The translations under genes and the position numbers were made by a program. Shown piece after piece: positions 40,443-50,296 of a DNA stretch of 64,000 bases. This DNA is from an uncultured Clostridia bacterium. GTDB lineage: Bacteria > Bacillota > Clostridia > TANB77 > CAG-508. How positions within the stretch are numbered: position 1 is the first letter of the stretch; every line of letters starts with the position of its first letter. Below the pieces are notes generated by a model. That model had not been told where the DNA came from and did no database searches. It was given only the letters and a program-made list of their open reading frames with translations. Where the stretch lies: assembly GCA_963558245.1 (NCBI GenBank), contig CAUWGA010000001.1, forward strand, positions 14,284 to 78,283, read 5' to 3'.

Positions 40443-41747
40443 TTGAAAATGGATATTTTTGATAAATTACAAATATTAGCTGATTCTGCTAAATATGATG
40501 CTTCTTGTAGTTCAAGTGGAAGTTCTAGAAAAAATCTTCTCAATGGCATTGGAAATGCTCATACTTCAGGAATATGCCATAGTTGGGGTGCTGATGGAAG
40601 ATGCATTTCATTACTCAAAATACTTTTTTCTAATTGTTGCATATATGATTGTAAATATTGTGTCAATCGATGTACTAACAATGTAAAAAGAGCTACTTTT
40701 ACTCCTAGAGAAGTTGCAGATTTAACAATAAATTTTTATAAAAGAAATTATATAGAAGGCTTATTTTTAAGTTCTGCCGTTATTAAATCTCCTGATTATA
40801 CAATGGAATTATTAATAAAAACTGTTACTATTCTAAGAAAAGAATATTTATTTAATGGATATATACATTGTAAGACTATTCCTGGATGTAGCCAAGATTC
40901 AATTTCCAAATTAGGTAATATGGTTGATAGAATGAGTGTTAATATAGAACTTCCTTCTAATAATAGTTTAAAATTACTTGCACCACAAAAACAAAAAGAT
41001 GGTATTTTACAACCTATGTCTTATATCTCTAATAAAATACATCAAAACAAATTAATAAAAAGTAAATTAAAAACAAACTTCGTTCCAGCTGGTCAAACTA
41101 CCCAATTAATTATTGGAGCAACTCCAGAAAGTGATTTAAAAATTTTAACATTATCGCAAAATTTATATAAAAAATTAAGTTTAAAAAGAGTTTATTATTC
41201 TGCATATATAAGTGTTAATAATGATAAAAATTTGCCAACATTGGAATCTCCTCCATTACTTAGAGAAAATCGATTATATCAAGCAGATTGGCTTTTACGT
41301 TTCTATGGTTTTACAGCTGATGAACTTTTAGATGAAAAACATCCTAACTTCAATAATATTTTAGACCCTAAATGCGATTGGGCTCTTAGACATTTAGAAA
41401 ATTTTCCTGTAGAAATTAATAATGCTGATTATTACACACTACTAAGAGTCCCTGGAATAGGTGTTATTTCCGCTAAAAAAATTATTAGAGCAAGACGTTC
41501 TTTTATGTTAGATTTTGAATCTTTGCAAAAACTAGGAGTAACACTAAAAAGAGCAAAATACTTTATTACCTGCAAAGGAAAATATTTTGATAAAGTGTAT
41601 AAATTTAATTCAAACTTTATAGAAACTAATCTTGTTTATCAAGAACGAAATCAACTACAAAATAATACATTTGAGCAATTATCTTTATTTGATAAATTGC
41701 TCCCTACAAAGGAGGACAAGTTAAAATGCTTAACTGGAAGCTTATAA
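40443..41747 (+). CDS. putative DNA modification/repair radical SAM protein (TIGR03916-like)
   Basis: 434 aa; CxxxCxxC cluster (CKYCVNRC) in a radical-SAM core; C-terminal helix-hairpin-helix-like region (LLRVPGIGVISAKKIIRAR); family normally paired with the downstream DUF4130 gene. Confidence 0.75.
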   Translation: MKMDIFDKLQILADSAKYDASCSSSGSSRKNLLNGIGNAHTSGICHSWGADGRCISLLKILFSNCCIYDCKYCVNRCTNNVKRATFTPREVADLTINFYKRNYIEGLFLSSAVIKSPDYTMELLIKTVTILRKEYLFNGYIHCKTIPGCSQDSISKLGNMVDRMSVNIELPSNNSLKLLAPQKQKDGILQPMSYISNKIHQNKLIKSKLKTNFVPAGQTTQLIIGATPESDLKILTLSQNLYKKLSLKRVYYSAYISVNNDKNLPTLESPPLLRENRLYQADWLLRFYGFTADELLDEKHPNFNNILDPKCDWALRHLENFPVEINNADYYTLLRVPGIGVISAKKIIRARRSFMLDFESLQKLGVTLKRAKYFITCKGKYFDKVYKFNSNFIETNLVYQERNQLQNNTFEQLSLFDKLLPTKEDKLKCLTGSL

Positions 41748-42484
41748 ACAAAGTATATTTATATGATGGAACTTTTGATGGTTTGCTATCTATTGTATTT
41801 GAAGCATATACAACCCGAACTTTACCTCAAAAAATTGTCTCTCAAAATAATTATACTTCTAATTTTTTAGATAAAACTTTATTTATTGAAACAGATTATG
41901 AGAAATCTCAAAGAATTTTTAATGGAATTGCCAAAAATGTATCTCATAATACTTTATCTAATGCCTACTATGCATTTCTATCAAATGATATTTCTAAAGA
42001 AATAAATATCTTAAAATATTTATGTGATGCATTTAATACTGGTCCAGAAATTAATAACAAAATTACTATTTCTTATGTTTTTAAAGTTATAAATCTATGT
42101 AAAAAATCTTTAGCAGAGTGTCACAAATTAAAAGGATTATTACGTTTTCAAGAAATTGGAGATAATCTATGCTATGCTAGTATTCATCCTGATAATAATA
42201 TTTTAGAGCCATTAGGGCATCACTTTATTAATAGATTTTCTTCCATGTCATTTATTATACATGACCAAAATAGAGATATCTGTTTTGTTTATAATAATGG
42301 TACTTATAAAATTATTGATAGTTACAATATTAAATTGCCTAAGCTATCAGAAGATGAAATTGCATATCAAGAATTGTGGAAATTATTTTTTAATACAATT
42401 GCTATTAGAGAAAGAACAAATCGCAGATGTCAAATGAATTACATGCCTAAAAAATATTGGAAAGATTTAATAGAAATTCCTTGA
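41726..42484 (+). CDS. DUF4130/TIGR03915-family probable DNA-metabolism protein (partner of the radical SAM protein)
   Basis: 252 aa; overlaps the upstream gene by 22 nt; family hallmarks LYDGTFDGLLS and WKLFFNTIAIRERTN. Confidence 0.7.
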   Translation: MLNWKLINKVYLYDGTFDGLLSIVFEAYTTRTLPQKIVSQNNYTSNFLDKTLFIETDYEKSQRIFNGIAKNVSHNTLSNAYYAFLSNDISKEINILKYLCDAFNTGPEINNKITISYVFKVINLCKKSLAECHKLKGLLRFQEIGDNLCYASIHPDNNILEPLGHHFINRFSSMSFIIHDQNRDICFVYNNGTYKIIDSYNIKLPKLSEDEIAYQELWKLFFNTIAIRERTNRRCQMNYMPKKYWKDLIEIP

Positions 42485-42595
42485 TACTTACTAATATTAT
42501 ATAAAATTTTTATTATAAAATTTTTATTATAAAACTGATTGTAAATATTATGTTTTTATGTTATATTTTTTAAAAATTATATATAGGAGGATTTT

Positions 42596-43672
42596 ATGAA
42601 CAAATATTTAGAAACATTAAATGAAGAAGTACAAGAATATTTAAATGTGCTGTCACCTGAATTTCCAGATTGGCTATTAGAATATATTTATACTCCAGAA
42701 ATGTTAAGATTAGATGGTATTAGTATGGCTTGTGGAACAACTTATACAAGGGTATATAATGATAAATATTTTTATTCTACTTTGACTCATAGTGTCGGAG
42801 TTGCTTTAATAATATGGAACTTTACTCATGATAAAAAGCAAACTTTATCTGGTCTATTTCATGATATAGCAACACCAACTTTTAAACATTGTATTGATTT
42901 TTTAAATGGTGATTCTGAAACTCAAGAATCAACTGAAGAAAAAACAGAAGAAATTATTAAGAACTCAAAAGAAATATCTTTTCTACTAGCTCGAGATAAT
43001 ATAAAAATAGAAGAAGTTTCTGATTATCACATATACCCAATAGCTGATAATGATACTCCTAAATTAAGTGCTGATAGATTAGAATATACTTTATCAGGTG
43101 GACTTAGTCAAAAAAGAGTTTTTGATGTCTGTGCTATAAAGAAGTACTACAATAATTTAACTGTTCTAAAAAACGAAAACAATATAGATGAATTAGGTTT
43201 TAAAGATATATCTATATGTGAACAATTTATAGCTGATATTTCAAACTTATGGCCTCGTTGGATTGAAGATGAAGATAGATTATGTATGCAATTTATAGCT
43301 GATATTGTAAAATCTTTAAATATTAAAAAATATATATCTGTTAAAGATTTATATAACCTTTCTGAAAAAGATGTTATAAATTTAATACAAACATGTGATG
43401 ATTCATATATAAAAACAGCATTTGATAAATTTCAAAGTGCTACTAGAAATTCCGTTTATAAAAGTGATGAAATTCCTCAAAAAGATAATTATTGCACATC
43501 TGTTAAAGGTAAAAAAAGATATATTAATCCTTTAGTTAGTTATAATAATGAAATTCATAGAATAATGGCTATTTCAAATAGTGCAAATGATAACATTAAT
43601 AATTTCTTGAATATGAAACTTCATAAATACATTGGCTTTAATTTTGAATTTAAACCATATGAATATAATTAA
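42596..43672 (+). CDS. HD-domain phosphohydrolase (uncharacterised subfamily)
   Basis: 358 aa; H...HD metal-binding motif (LTHSVGV ... LFHDIATP) with further D residues; same strand as the radical SAM/DUF4130 pair. Confidence 0.6.
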   Translation: MNKYLETLNEEVQEYLNVLSPEFPDWLLEYIYTPEMLRLDGISMACGTTYTRVYNDKYFYSTLTHSVGVALIIWNFTHDKKQTLSGLFHDIATPTFKHCIDFLNGDSETQESTEEKTEEIIKNSKEISFLLARDNIKIEEVSDYHIYPIADNDTPKLSADRLEYTLSGGLSQKRVFDVCAIKKYYNNLTVLKNENNIDELGFKDISICEQFIADISNLWPRWIEDEDRLCMQFIADIVKSLNIKKYISVKDLYNLSEKDVINLIQTCDDSYIKTAFDKFQSATRNSVYKSDEIPQKDNYCTSVKGKKRYINPLVSYNNEIHRIMAISNSANDNINNFLNMKLHKYIGFNFEFKPYEYN

Positions 43673-43699
43673 ATATTAGCCTATTAATTTAATTATATA

Positions 43700-43772
43700 A
43701 ATAAAATAGTGTTTTATTATAATTAATAATTCCCAAATATAATAAAACACTATTCTATATTTTTATTTTTTT
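43700..43772. terminator. bidirectional terminator between convergent HD-domain and 5'-nucleotidase genes
   Basis: AATAGTGTTTTATTA...TAATAAAACACTATT 15-bp stem, then a T-run. Confidence 0.6.
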
Positions 43773-43841
43773 AATTTTAATAAAGCTTCTAATTTTTATA
43801 TTTACCACTAACATCTTATTTGAGTATTTTTATCATACTTA

Positions 43842-44672
43842 TTATATGTTTATAATTTTCTCTATTTCATTATAATTTGTGTCTTCTTCTGTTAAAACTA
43901 TATCAAATGCATCTTTATAAAAATCTATATTTTCTATATTATTTTCCAAAAATCCTACACTTATTGTTGAACTCCATTCTGATTTGTCTATCATATTTTT
44001 ATCTTCAATTAAATCTCCAAACAGTAACTTGTTATATCTTCCCTGCAATTTATTGCTAAATTCTTCTAATTCATTTATGTCTAATTTTTTATTCATTGTG
44101 TAAATTATTTTTCCATCAAATTCTTTCATATTTCCATCATAATCGAATTCTATAAAGTTACTAAGAATATAAATATTTTTATAATAACAGTTATTATTTT
44201 TTAAAAATTCTTCTATAACATTTCCTATTCCTGCTGATAATATAATAACAGGAACATTACTTTTATTCATATCATTTAAAAATTCTTTAACACCATCTCT
44301 AAATAACATTTTACAATTCACAACAGAACTTTGTAAATTTGATTTTTTTAAATTGTATTTATAATATAAATACATACATTTTGTGTACCATTCTTCCATT
44401 TTCTTCTTTTTTTCTTCATATGAAATATTATAATCTATTTCTATTGGTCTATATGTATCATATAAATTTACTAATTCATTTTTAAAATTCTCACTTAAAC
44501 TATCTCCTGCCACGTCCCATGAATCTACTTTTGTATGCTTAGTTATTGTTCCATCAAAATCCATTATCACATACATATTTTCTTTATTCAAATTGCATTT
44601 TTCTAATTTTTCTTTTTTTACATATATCATAAAAATTCCTCTTTTCTCCACTTTCTCTTTTGGCATATTCAC
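43842..44672 (-). CDS. HAD-superfamily pyrimidine 5'-nucleotidase (eukaryotic UMPH-1/P5N-1 type)
   Basis: 276 aa; HAD motif I IMDFDGTITK, motif II VIILSAGIG, motif IV LLFGDLIED; overall P5N-1 architecture with an alpha-helical cap. Confidence 0.65.
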   Translation of the reverse strand: MNMPKEKVEKRGIFMIYVKKEKLEKCNLNKENMYVIMDFDGTITKHTKVDSWDVAGDSLSENFKNELVNLYDTYRPIEIDYNISYEEKKKKMEEWYTKCMYLYYKYNLKKSNLQSSVVNCKMLFRDGVKEFLNDMNKSNVPVIILSAGIGNVIEEFLKNNNCYYKNIYILSNFIEFDYDGNMKEFDGKIIYTMNKKLDINELEEFSNKLQGRYNKLLFGDLIEDKNMIDKSEWSSTISVGFLENNIENIDFYKDAFDIVLTEEDTNYNEIEKIINI

Positions 44673-44836
44673 AAACCATAATTATATATATTACTTTTTT
44701 TGTTACAATGTATTTTACTATATAGACTTAAAAATATCAATATGATATAATATTCAAAAATAAAAATGTAAGTTCTATTTTAAATTTATATTTTTATATA
44801 AATCTATATTTTTTACTTTAAGAAGGGATTTTTATT

Positions 44837-46159
44837 ATGAAAAATTTTTTTATTATTTTTATCATGAAAATTTTAAATATTATTCTTAAAATTTTTGGAA
44901 AAAATGGAGGTAATTTATTAGGTAAAATTGCTTTTAAATGGAATTCTAAAATATTTCAGTATTTTAAGGTTGAATGTCCTGTAATTGCAGTTACTGCTAC
45001 AAATGGGAAAACAATGACTAATAATGCAATTGGTTATGTTTTAAAAACTGCTAATAAAAAAGTAGTTAGTAATGTTGAAGGTAATAATATGGAAACTGGC
45101 ATTTTATCTACCTTATTAAAAAACTGTACTTTAACTGGAAAAATAGAAGCAGATTTTTTAGTGTTTGAAGTTGACGAAGGATATGTTCCAATTGTATTTA
45201 AAGATTTAAAGTTAGACACATTAGTTATTTTAGACTTTTTCAGAGACCAATTAGATAGAAATGGAGAAGTTGAAACTTTAATATTAAAAATAAATGAGTT
45301 TTTAAAAACTTATAATGGTAATCTTGTATTAAATAATGATGACCCTAATGTTGCAAGATTAGGACAAGCAAATCCTAATAACAAAAATGTATATTATTTT
45401 AGCGTAGAAAAATATAAATTTGCAACTGATGAAGAAAAAGAAGCAGGTGAAGGAAAATTCTGTCCTTTCTGCTCTACACGACTTGAATATGAATACTATC
45501 AATACTCACATATTGGAAAATTCAAATGTCCTAATTGTAATTATGGTAATAATAATATTTATAAATTAGCAACAAATATTGATTTAAAAAATAGAACTTT
45601 TAAAGTTGATGATATTACATATCATATAAAATTCAACAGTATTTATAATATATATAATTTTGTTGCCGTAATTTCAGCAGTAAGTTTATATAATATTGAT
45701 ACTGAAATTGTACAAAAAGCTCTATCACAATTTGTTTTAAATAATGGTAGACTTGAAGAAATAAAAATTAATGATATTGACACTATAATCAATTTAGCTA
45801 AAAACCCTACTGGATGCAACGTTAGTCTTAGAATCCTTAACGAAGATGATTCAGAAAAAGAATTATTATTTGTTTTAAATGACAACCTTGCAGATGGTCG
45901 AGATGTTTCTTGGATTTGGGATATTAATTTTGATAACTTAAATAATGTAACTAGAATTGTCACTTCTGGTCAAAGAGCTTACGATATTGCAATTAGAATA
46001 AAAACTGCAGGATATGATAGCAATAAAATAGAACCTTATTTAAATTTAAAAGATGCTGTTAAAAGCTTATATCAAACAGATACTAAAAAATATATCATAG
46101 CTAACTATACAGCTCTACAACCTACTAGAACAGAAATATTTAATATCCAAAATAAATAA
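44837..46159 (+). CDS. murT: lipid II isoglutaminyl synthase subunit MurT (Mur-ligase-like with Cys4 zinc ribbon)
   Basis: 440 aa; Mur ligase P-loop VTATNGKTMT; zinc ribbon CPFC...CPNC; C-terminal DUF1727-like domain. Confidence 0.85.
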   Translation: MKNFFIIFIMKILNIILKIFGKNGGNLLGKIAFKWNSKIFQYFKVECPVIAVTATNGKTMTNNAIGYVLKTANKKVVSNVEGNNMETGILSTLLKNCTLTGKIEADFLVFEVDEGYVPIVFKDLKLDTLVILDFFRDQLDRNGEVETLILKINEFLKTYNGNLVLNNDDPNVARLGQANPNNKNVYYFSVEKYKFATDEEKEAGEGKFCPFCSTRLEYEYYQYSHIGKFKCPNCNYGNNNIYKLATNIDLKNRTFKVDDITYHIKFNSIYNIYNFVAVISAVSLYNIDTEIVQKALSQFVLNNGRLEEIKINDIDTIINLAKNPTGCNVSLRILNEDDSEKELLFVLNDNLADGRDVSWIWDINFDNLNNVTRIVTSGQRAYDIAIRIKTAGYDSNKIEPYLNLKDAVKSLYQTDTKKYIIANYTALQPTRTEIFNIQNK

Positions 46160-46194
46160 TTATATCAATTACAAAAATATTTTAGAAAGGAATT

Positions 46195-46268
46195 ATGTTT
46201 AGAAATATAAGCATGATTATACAAAGAATTGTGTTTAAAAATATAAACATGATTATAAAGGTAAAATT
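46195..46268. repeat. two tandem imperfect 36-bp direct repeats in the murT-gatD spacer
   Basis: tatgtttagaaatataagcatgattatacaaagaatt / gtgtttaaaaatataaacatgattataaaggtaaaatt. Confidence 0.6.
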
Positions 46269-46274
46269 GTAAAA

Positions 46275-47018
46275 ATGAAAGAATTAAAAATATTATACTT
46301 ATACCCAGATATTTTAGAACTTTATGGTGATTTTGGTAACATTCAAGTATTACGTTATAGATTAGAACAACGTGGAATACAAGCTACAATAACTTCATAT
46401 TCTATGGGTGACCCTGCTCCAAATTTTGATGAATATGATTTAGTTTTTGCTGGTGGTGGTGCTGACCAAGAACAAAATATTCTTTCTAAAGATTTAATTC
46501 AATATAAAGAAAATATAAAAACTGCTATCGACAATGGTGTATTTTTCTTGTTGATATGTGGTGCTTATCAATTATTTGGTCAATATTATAAAGATGTTGA
46601 AGGAAATATTATTGAAGGCTTAAATATTTTTGATTATTATACAGAAGCAATTGAAGATAGATCAAAAAGATGTATTGGAAACATCGTTATAAATACAAAA
46701 TTAGACAATGAAGACACACAAATAATAGGTTTTGAAAATCATGGTGGACAAACTTTTGATATAAAAAAACCTTTTGGTTCGATAGTTTACGGAAATGGAA
46801 ATAGATTTGGAGATAAATTTGAAGGCTTCTTTGACACAAATGTTATCGCAACGTATTTACATGGTCCCCTACTTTCTAAAAATCCTGTACTTGCTGATTA
46901 TATTATCAAATATTGCTTAGATAGGAAATATAAAGAAAATATTTCTTTAGAACCTTTAGATGACACTTTTGAAAATTTATGTAGAGAGCAATTACTAAAA
47001 CAATATTTGTCTAATTAA
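46275..47018 (+). CDS. gatD: lipid II isoglutaminyl synthase glutaminase subunit GatD
   Basis: 247 aa; CobB/CobQ-like GATase with catalytic Cys in LLICGAYQLFG; His near the C-terminus (ATYLHGPLL). Confidence 0.85.
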   Translation: MKELKILYLYPDILELYGDFGNIQVLRYRLEQRGIQATITSYSMGDPAPNFDEYDLVFAGGGADQEQNILSKDLIQYKENIKTAIDNGVFFLLICGAYQLFGQYYKDVEGNIIEGLNIFDYYTEAIEDRSKRCIGNIVINTKLDNEDTQIIGFENHGGQTFDIKKPFGSIVYGNGNRFGDKFEGFFDTNVIATYLHGPLLSKNPVLADYIIKYCLDRKYKENISLEPLDDTFENLCREQLLKQYLSN

Positions 47019-47274
47019 AATAATATTTATTAAATAACTAATTAATTATAATTCAATATATACAAATATACAAAATAAAAGCGACATATAAATAACTAAA
47101 TTTTTAATATTTATGTTATTATATATCGTTTTTATTTTTATACCAAATTTATAATATTTTTATATTTGTATATAACATTTTCTATGTTTTCACTTTATTT
47201 TTATCTGTATTGTTAAATTATTTATGCACAGAGTTAGATAAACAAATTATATGCAGTTTATATATAGTTTGTCT

Positions 47275-49401
47275 TTATAAATGCATAACTCTTTGCTTAA
47301 TTTCCTTTGTTTTTCCTTCATTCCAAAAGTTTTCTCCTAAATATCCGCATGTTCTTCTTACTACCGTCATTTTACTATAGTTTTTGTTTCCACAATTAGG
47401 GCATTCCCATTGATTATTATCATTAATTGTAATTTCGCCATCAAACCCACATATATGGCAATAATCTGATTTTGTATTAAACTCTGCATATTGAATATTT
47501 TCATATATAAATTTTACAACTGATTCTAGTGCTTCTAAATTGTTTGACATGTTAGGTATTTCTATATATGAAATTGCTCCTCCTGTAGAGATATTTTGAA
47601 ATTCACTTTCAAATTTTAATTTATCAAAAGCATTTATTTTTTCTCTTACATCAACATGATATGAATTTGTATAATATCCTTTATCTGTTATATCTTTTAT
47701 TGTTCCAAATTTTTCTTTATCTATTCTTGCAAATCTGTAACATAAACTTTCTGCTGGGGTACCATATAAAGCAAAACCAAGTCCAGTTTCTTTTTTCCAT
47801 TTCTTTACTGTATCATTTAATTTATTCATTAATTTTAAAGCAAATTTTCTTCCTTCTTCTGTTGTATGAGATACACCTTTTATCAATTTTGTTGTCTCAT
47901 ATATGCCTATATACCCTAATGACAATGTAGAATATCCATCCATTAATAATTTATCAATTTTTTCGCCTTTATTTAGTCTAGCAATTGCTCCATATTGCCA
48001 GTGAATTGGACTAATATCAGAATATGTCCCTAATAATGCATAATGTCTACACATCAAAGCTTCTTTGCATAGTTCTAATCTTTCTTCTAGTAACTCCCAG
48101 AACTTTTCTTCATCTCCATCTGCAATTATTGAAATTTGAGGTAAGTTAAGGCTTACAACCCCTTGATTAAATCTACCTTCAAATTTATAATTTCCTTCTT
48201 TATCTTTCCATGGAGATAAAAAGCTTCTACATCCCATTGGACTAAATACATTTCCTTCATAATTTTCACGCATTTTTTTAGCTGAAATATAATCTGGATA
48301 CATTCTTTTAGCAGAACATTTTACAGCAAGTTTTGTCAAATAATCATATTCTCCACCTGTTAAATTGTTAAATTCATCTAACACATATACTAATTTTGGA
48401 AACGCAGGTGTTACAAAAATACCTTCTTCATTTTTTATTCCTTCATATCTTTGTCTTAAAATTTCTTCAATTATCATTGCATTTTCTTTTATATATGGGT
48501 CGTCTTTGTCTAAATGTAAAAATAATGTAACAAAGGGAGATTGTCCATTTGTTGTCATTAATGTATTTATTTGATATTGTATTGTTTGTACTCCTGCTTT
48601 TAGTTCTTCTTTTATTCTTTCTTGTACTAATTCTTCAATTATCTTCTTTTTGATTTGTCCTTTATGTTTGTTTTCAATTTCTTTTTTAAATCTATTGTAA
48701 CTTTTTCTTAAATATTTTCCTAAATGAATCATATCAACAGATTGTCCACCATATTGGTTACTTGCAACAGCTGCAATTATTTGAGTAGTAACAGTACATG
48801 CTACTCTGAAACTTTTTGGACTTTCAATCATTTTCCCATTCATTACTGTACCATTGTCTAACATATCTCCGATATTTATAAGGCAACAATTAAATATCGG
48901 CTGAATGAAATAATCCGCATCGTGGAAATGTAAAATGCCATCTTCATGTGCTTTTGAAATTTTTTCTGGAAGTAACATCCTTTTAGTTAAATCTCTTGAA
49001 ACTTCTCCTGCAATGTAATCTCTTTGAGTTGAAGCAAGTTTAGTATTTTTATTTGAATTTTCTTCTGCTAATTCTTTGTTTTCATTTCTTATTAATCCTA
49101 AAATTGATTCATCTGTTGTGTTTTGTTTTCTAACTAAAGCTCTAGTGTAGCGATATACAATATATCTTTTAGCTAATTCATATTTTTTTATTTCCATTAA
49201 TTTTTGTTCTATAATATCTTGAATATCTTCTACGAGAATTCTTTTTTTAGCTAAATCTTCAATATATAAAATAATTTCTTTTATATCTTCTATTGAAGCT
49301 CTTTCTTTTGTTTTAACTTCTTTGTTCGCTTTTGATACAGCTACCATTATCTTCTCTCTATCAAAATCTGCAACACGTCCATCTCTTTTAATGACTTTCA
49401 T
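47275..49401 (-). CDS. nrdD: anaerobic ribonucleoside-triphosphate reductase (class III)
   Basis: 708 aa; N-terminal ATP-cone (VIKRDGRVADFDREKI); C-terminal glycyl-radical motif RTCGYLG and Zn ribbon CPNCG. Confidence 0.92.
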   Translation of the reverse strand: MKVIKRDGRVADFDREKIMVAVSKANKEVKTKERASIEDIKEIILYIEDLAKKRILVEDIQDIIEQKLMEIKKYELAKRYIVYRYTRALVRKQNTTDESILGLIRNENKELAEENSNKNTKLASTQRDYIAGEVSRDLTKRMLLPEKISKAHEDGILHFHDADYFIQPIFNCCLINIGDMLDNGTVMNGKMIESPKSFRVACTVTTQIIAAVASNQYGGQSVDMIHLGKYLRKSYNRFKKEIENKHKGQIKKKIIEELVQERIKEELKAGVQTIQYQINTLMTTNGQSPFVTLFLHLDKDDPYIKENAMIIEEILRQRYEGIKNEEGIFVTPAFPKLVYVLDEFNNLTGGEYDYLTKLAVKCSAKRMYPDYISAKKMRENYEGNVFSPMGCRSFLSPWKDKEGNYKFEGRFNQGVVSLNLPQISIIADGDEEKFWELLEERLELCKEALMCRHYALLGTYSDISPIHWQYGAIARLNKGEKIDKLLMDGYSTLSLGYIGIYETTKLIKGVSHTTEEGRKFALKLMNKLNDTVKKWKKETGLGFALYGTPAESLCYRFARIDKEKFGTIKDITDKGYYTNSYHVDVREKINAFDKLKFESEFQNISTGGAISYIEIPNMSNNLEALESVVKFIYENIQYAEFNTKSDYCHICGFDGEITINDNNQWECPNCGNKNYSKMTVVRRTCGYLGENFWNEGKTKEIKQRVMHL

Positions 49402-49463
49402 TTTACATTTCCTCCCATTAAGTTAAATTTCTGTTTAATTATAACTCAAGAATTTTCTTTTTC

Positions 49464-49479
49464 TGTTGCAAAAGCAACA
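49464..49479. promoter_or_regulatory. palindrome TGTTG-N6-CAACA (site 1) upstream of nrdD; candidate Crp/Fnr-type operator
   Basis: TGTTGCAAAAGCAACA, a perfect 5-6-5 palindrome 63 bp upstream of the nrdD start. Confidence 0.4.
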
Positions 49480-49596
49480 AATTATTTTGTCGAATTTTGA
49501 ATATTGCATTATTCTAAGTTCTTATTTTATATTACATTTATATTACAAAAAAAGCACGTTTTTATTTCTTTTATTGCTATGTTTTATGTATATTTT

Positions 49597-49612
49597 TGTT
49601 GTATTTGCAACA
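49597..49612. promoter_or_regulatory. palindrome TGTTG-N6-CAACA (site 2) upstream of the Crp/Fnr regulator gene
   Basis: TGTTGTATTTGCAACA, 35-50 bp upstream of the regulator start; same half-sites as site 1. Confidence 0.4.
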
Positions 49613-49645
49613 CTTTTATGTTATATTAATATTATATAAATTAAG

Positions 49646-50296
49646 TTGAAAGTGGTAATTTTTATGAACTTAAGTTTTGATTTTGAAAATTTCATACAAG
49701 AATTTGCCAATACTTGTAGTAAAGTTGAAAAAAAAGTTTTTTTAAAAGATGAAGTTATTACTTCATATATAGAAAAACGAAATCAGTTTTGTATTTTAAT
49801 ACATGGCAATGCTGATTTAGTTCGTTATGATTCAAATGGTAATAGAACAATAGTAGAACATTTTTCTAATAATGATATTTTTGGTGAATTATTTTATGAT
49901 ATTATTACTAATAATGAATTATTTGTTGAAGCTAAAGAAAAATGTGAAGTACTTTTTTATATTTATGACTGTATTCATGTAAAATGTAAACATAATTGCA
50001 AGTTCCATCAAAAACTTACAGAATATTTACCGGAACTTATTTTGTTAAAAATAATGAATTTAAATACACGAATTGAATTATTAACTAAACGTTCCACTCG
50101 TGACAAATTAATTACTTATTTTACATCTCTTTCCAAAAAATCTTTTAGCAAGTCTTTTAAACTTTCTTTGTCTTTAACAGACTTAGCCGATTATCTAGGA
50201 GTTGATAGAAGTGCAATGATGAGGGAATTAAAACTATTAAAAGAAGATGGTTTTATTCAAAAAGACGGAAATAGAATTACTTTATTATATAAATAA
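49646..50296 (+). CDS. Crp/Fnr-family transcriptional regulator
   Basis: 216 aa; N-terminal cNMP-binding-like beta-roll; C-terminal HTH (LSLTDLADYLGVDRSAMMRELKLLKEDGFI); stop codon overlaps the MITE terminus. Confidence 0.8.
   Translation: MKVVIFMNLSFDFENFIQEFANTCSKVEKKVFLKDEVITSYIEKRNQFCILIHGNADLVRYDSNGNRTIVEHFSNNDIFGELFYDIITNNELFVEAKEKCEVLFYIYDCIHVKCKHNCKFHQKLTEYLPELILLKIMNLNTRIELLTKRSTRDKLITYFTSLSKKSFSKSFKLSLSLTDLADYLGVDRSAMMRELKLLKEDGFIQKDGNRITLLYK

Noticed and set aside
49402-49645. Cobalamin riboswitch or NrdR box upstream of nrdD
   Set aside because: The leader lacks B12-box sequences and there are no NrdR-type direct repeats (acacwAtATaTwgtgt). Class III reductases are B12-independent. 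The TGTTG-N6-CAACA palindromes are reported instead.
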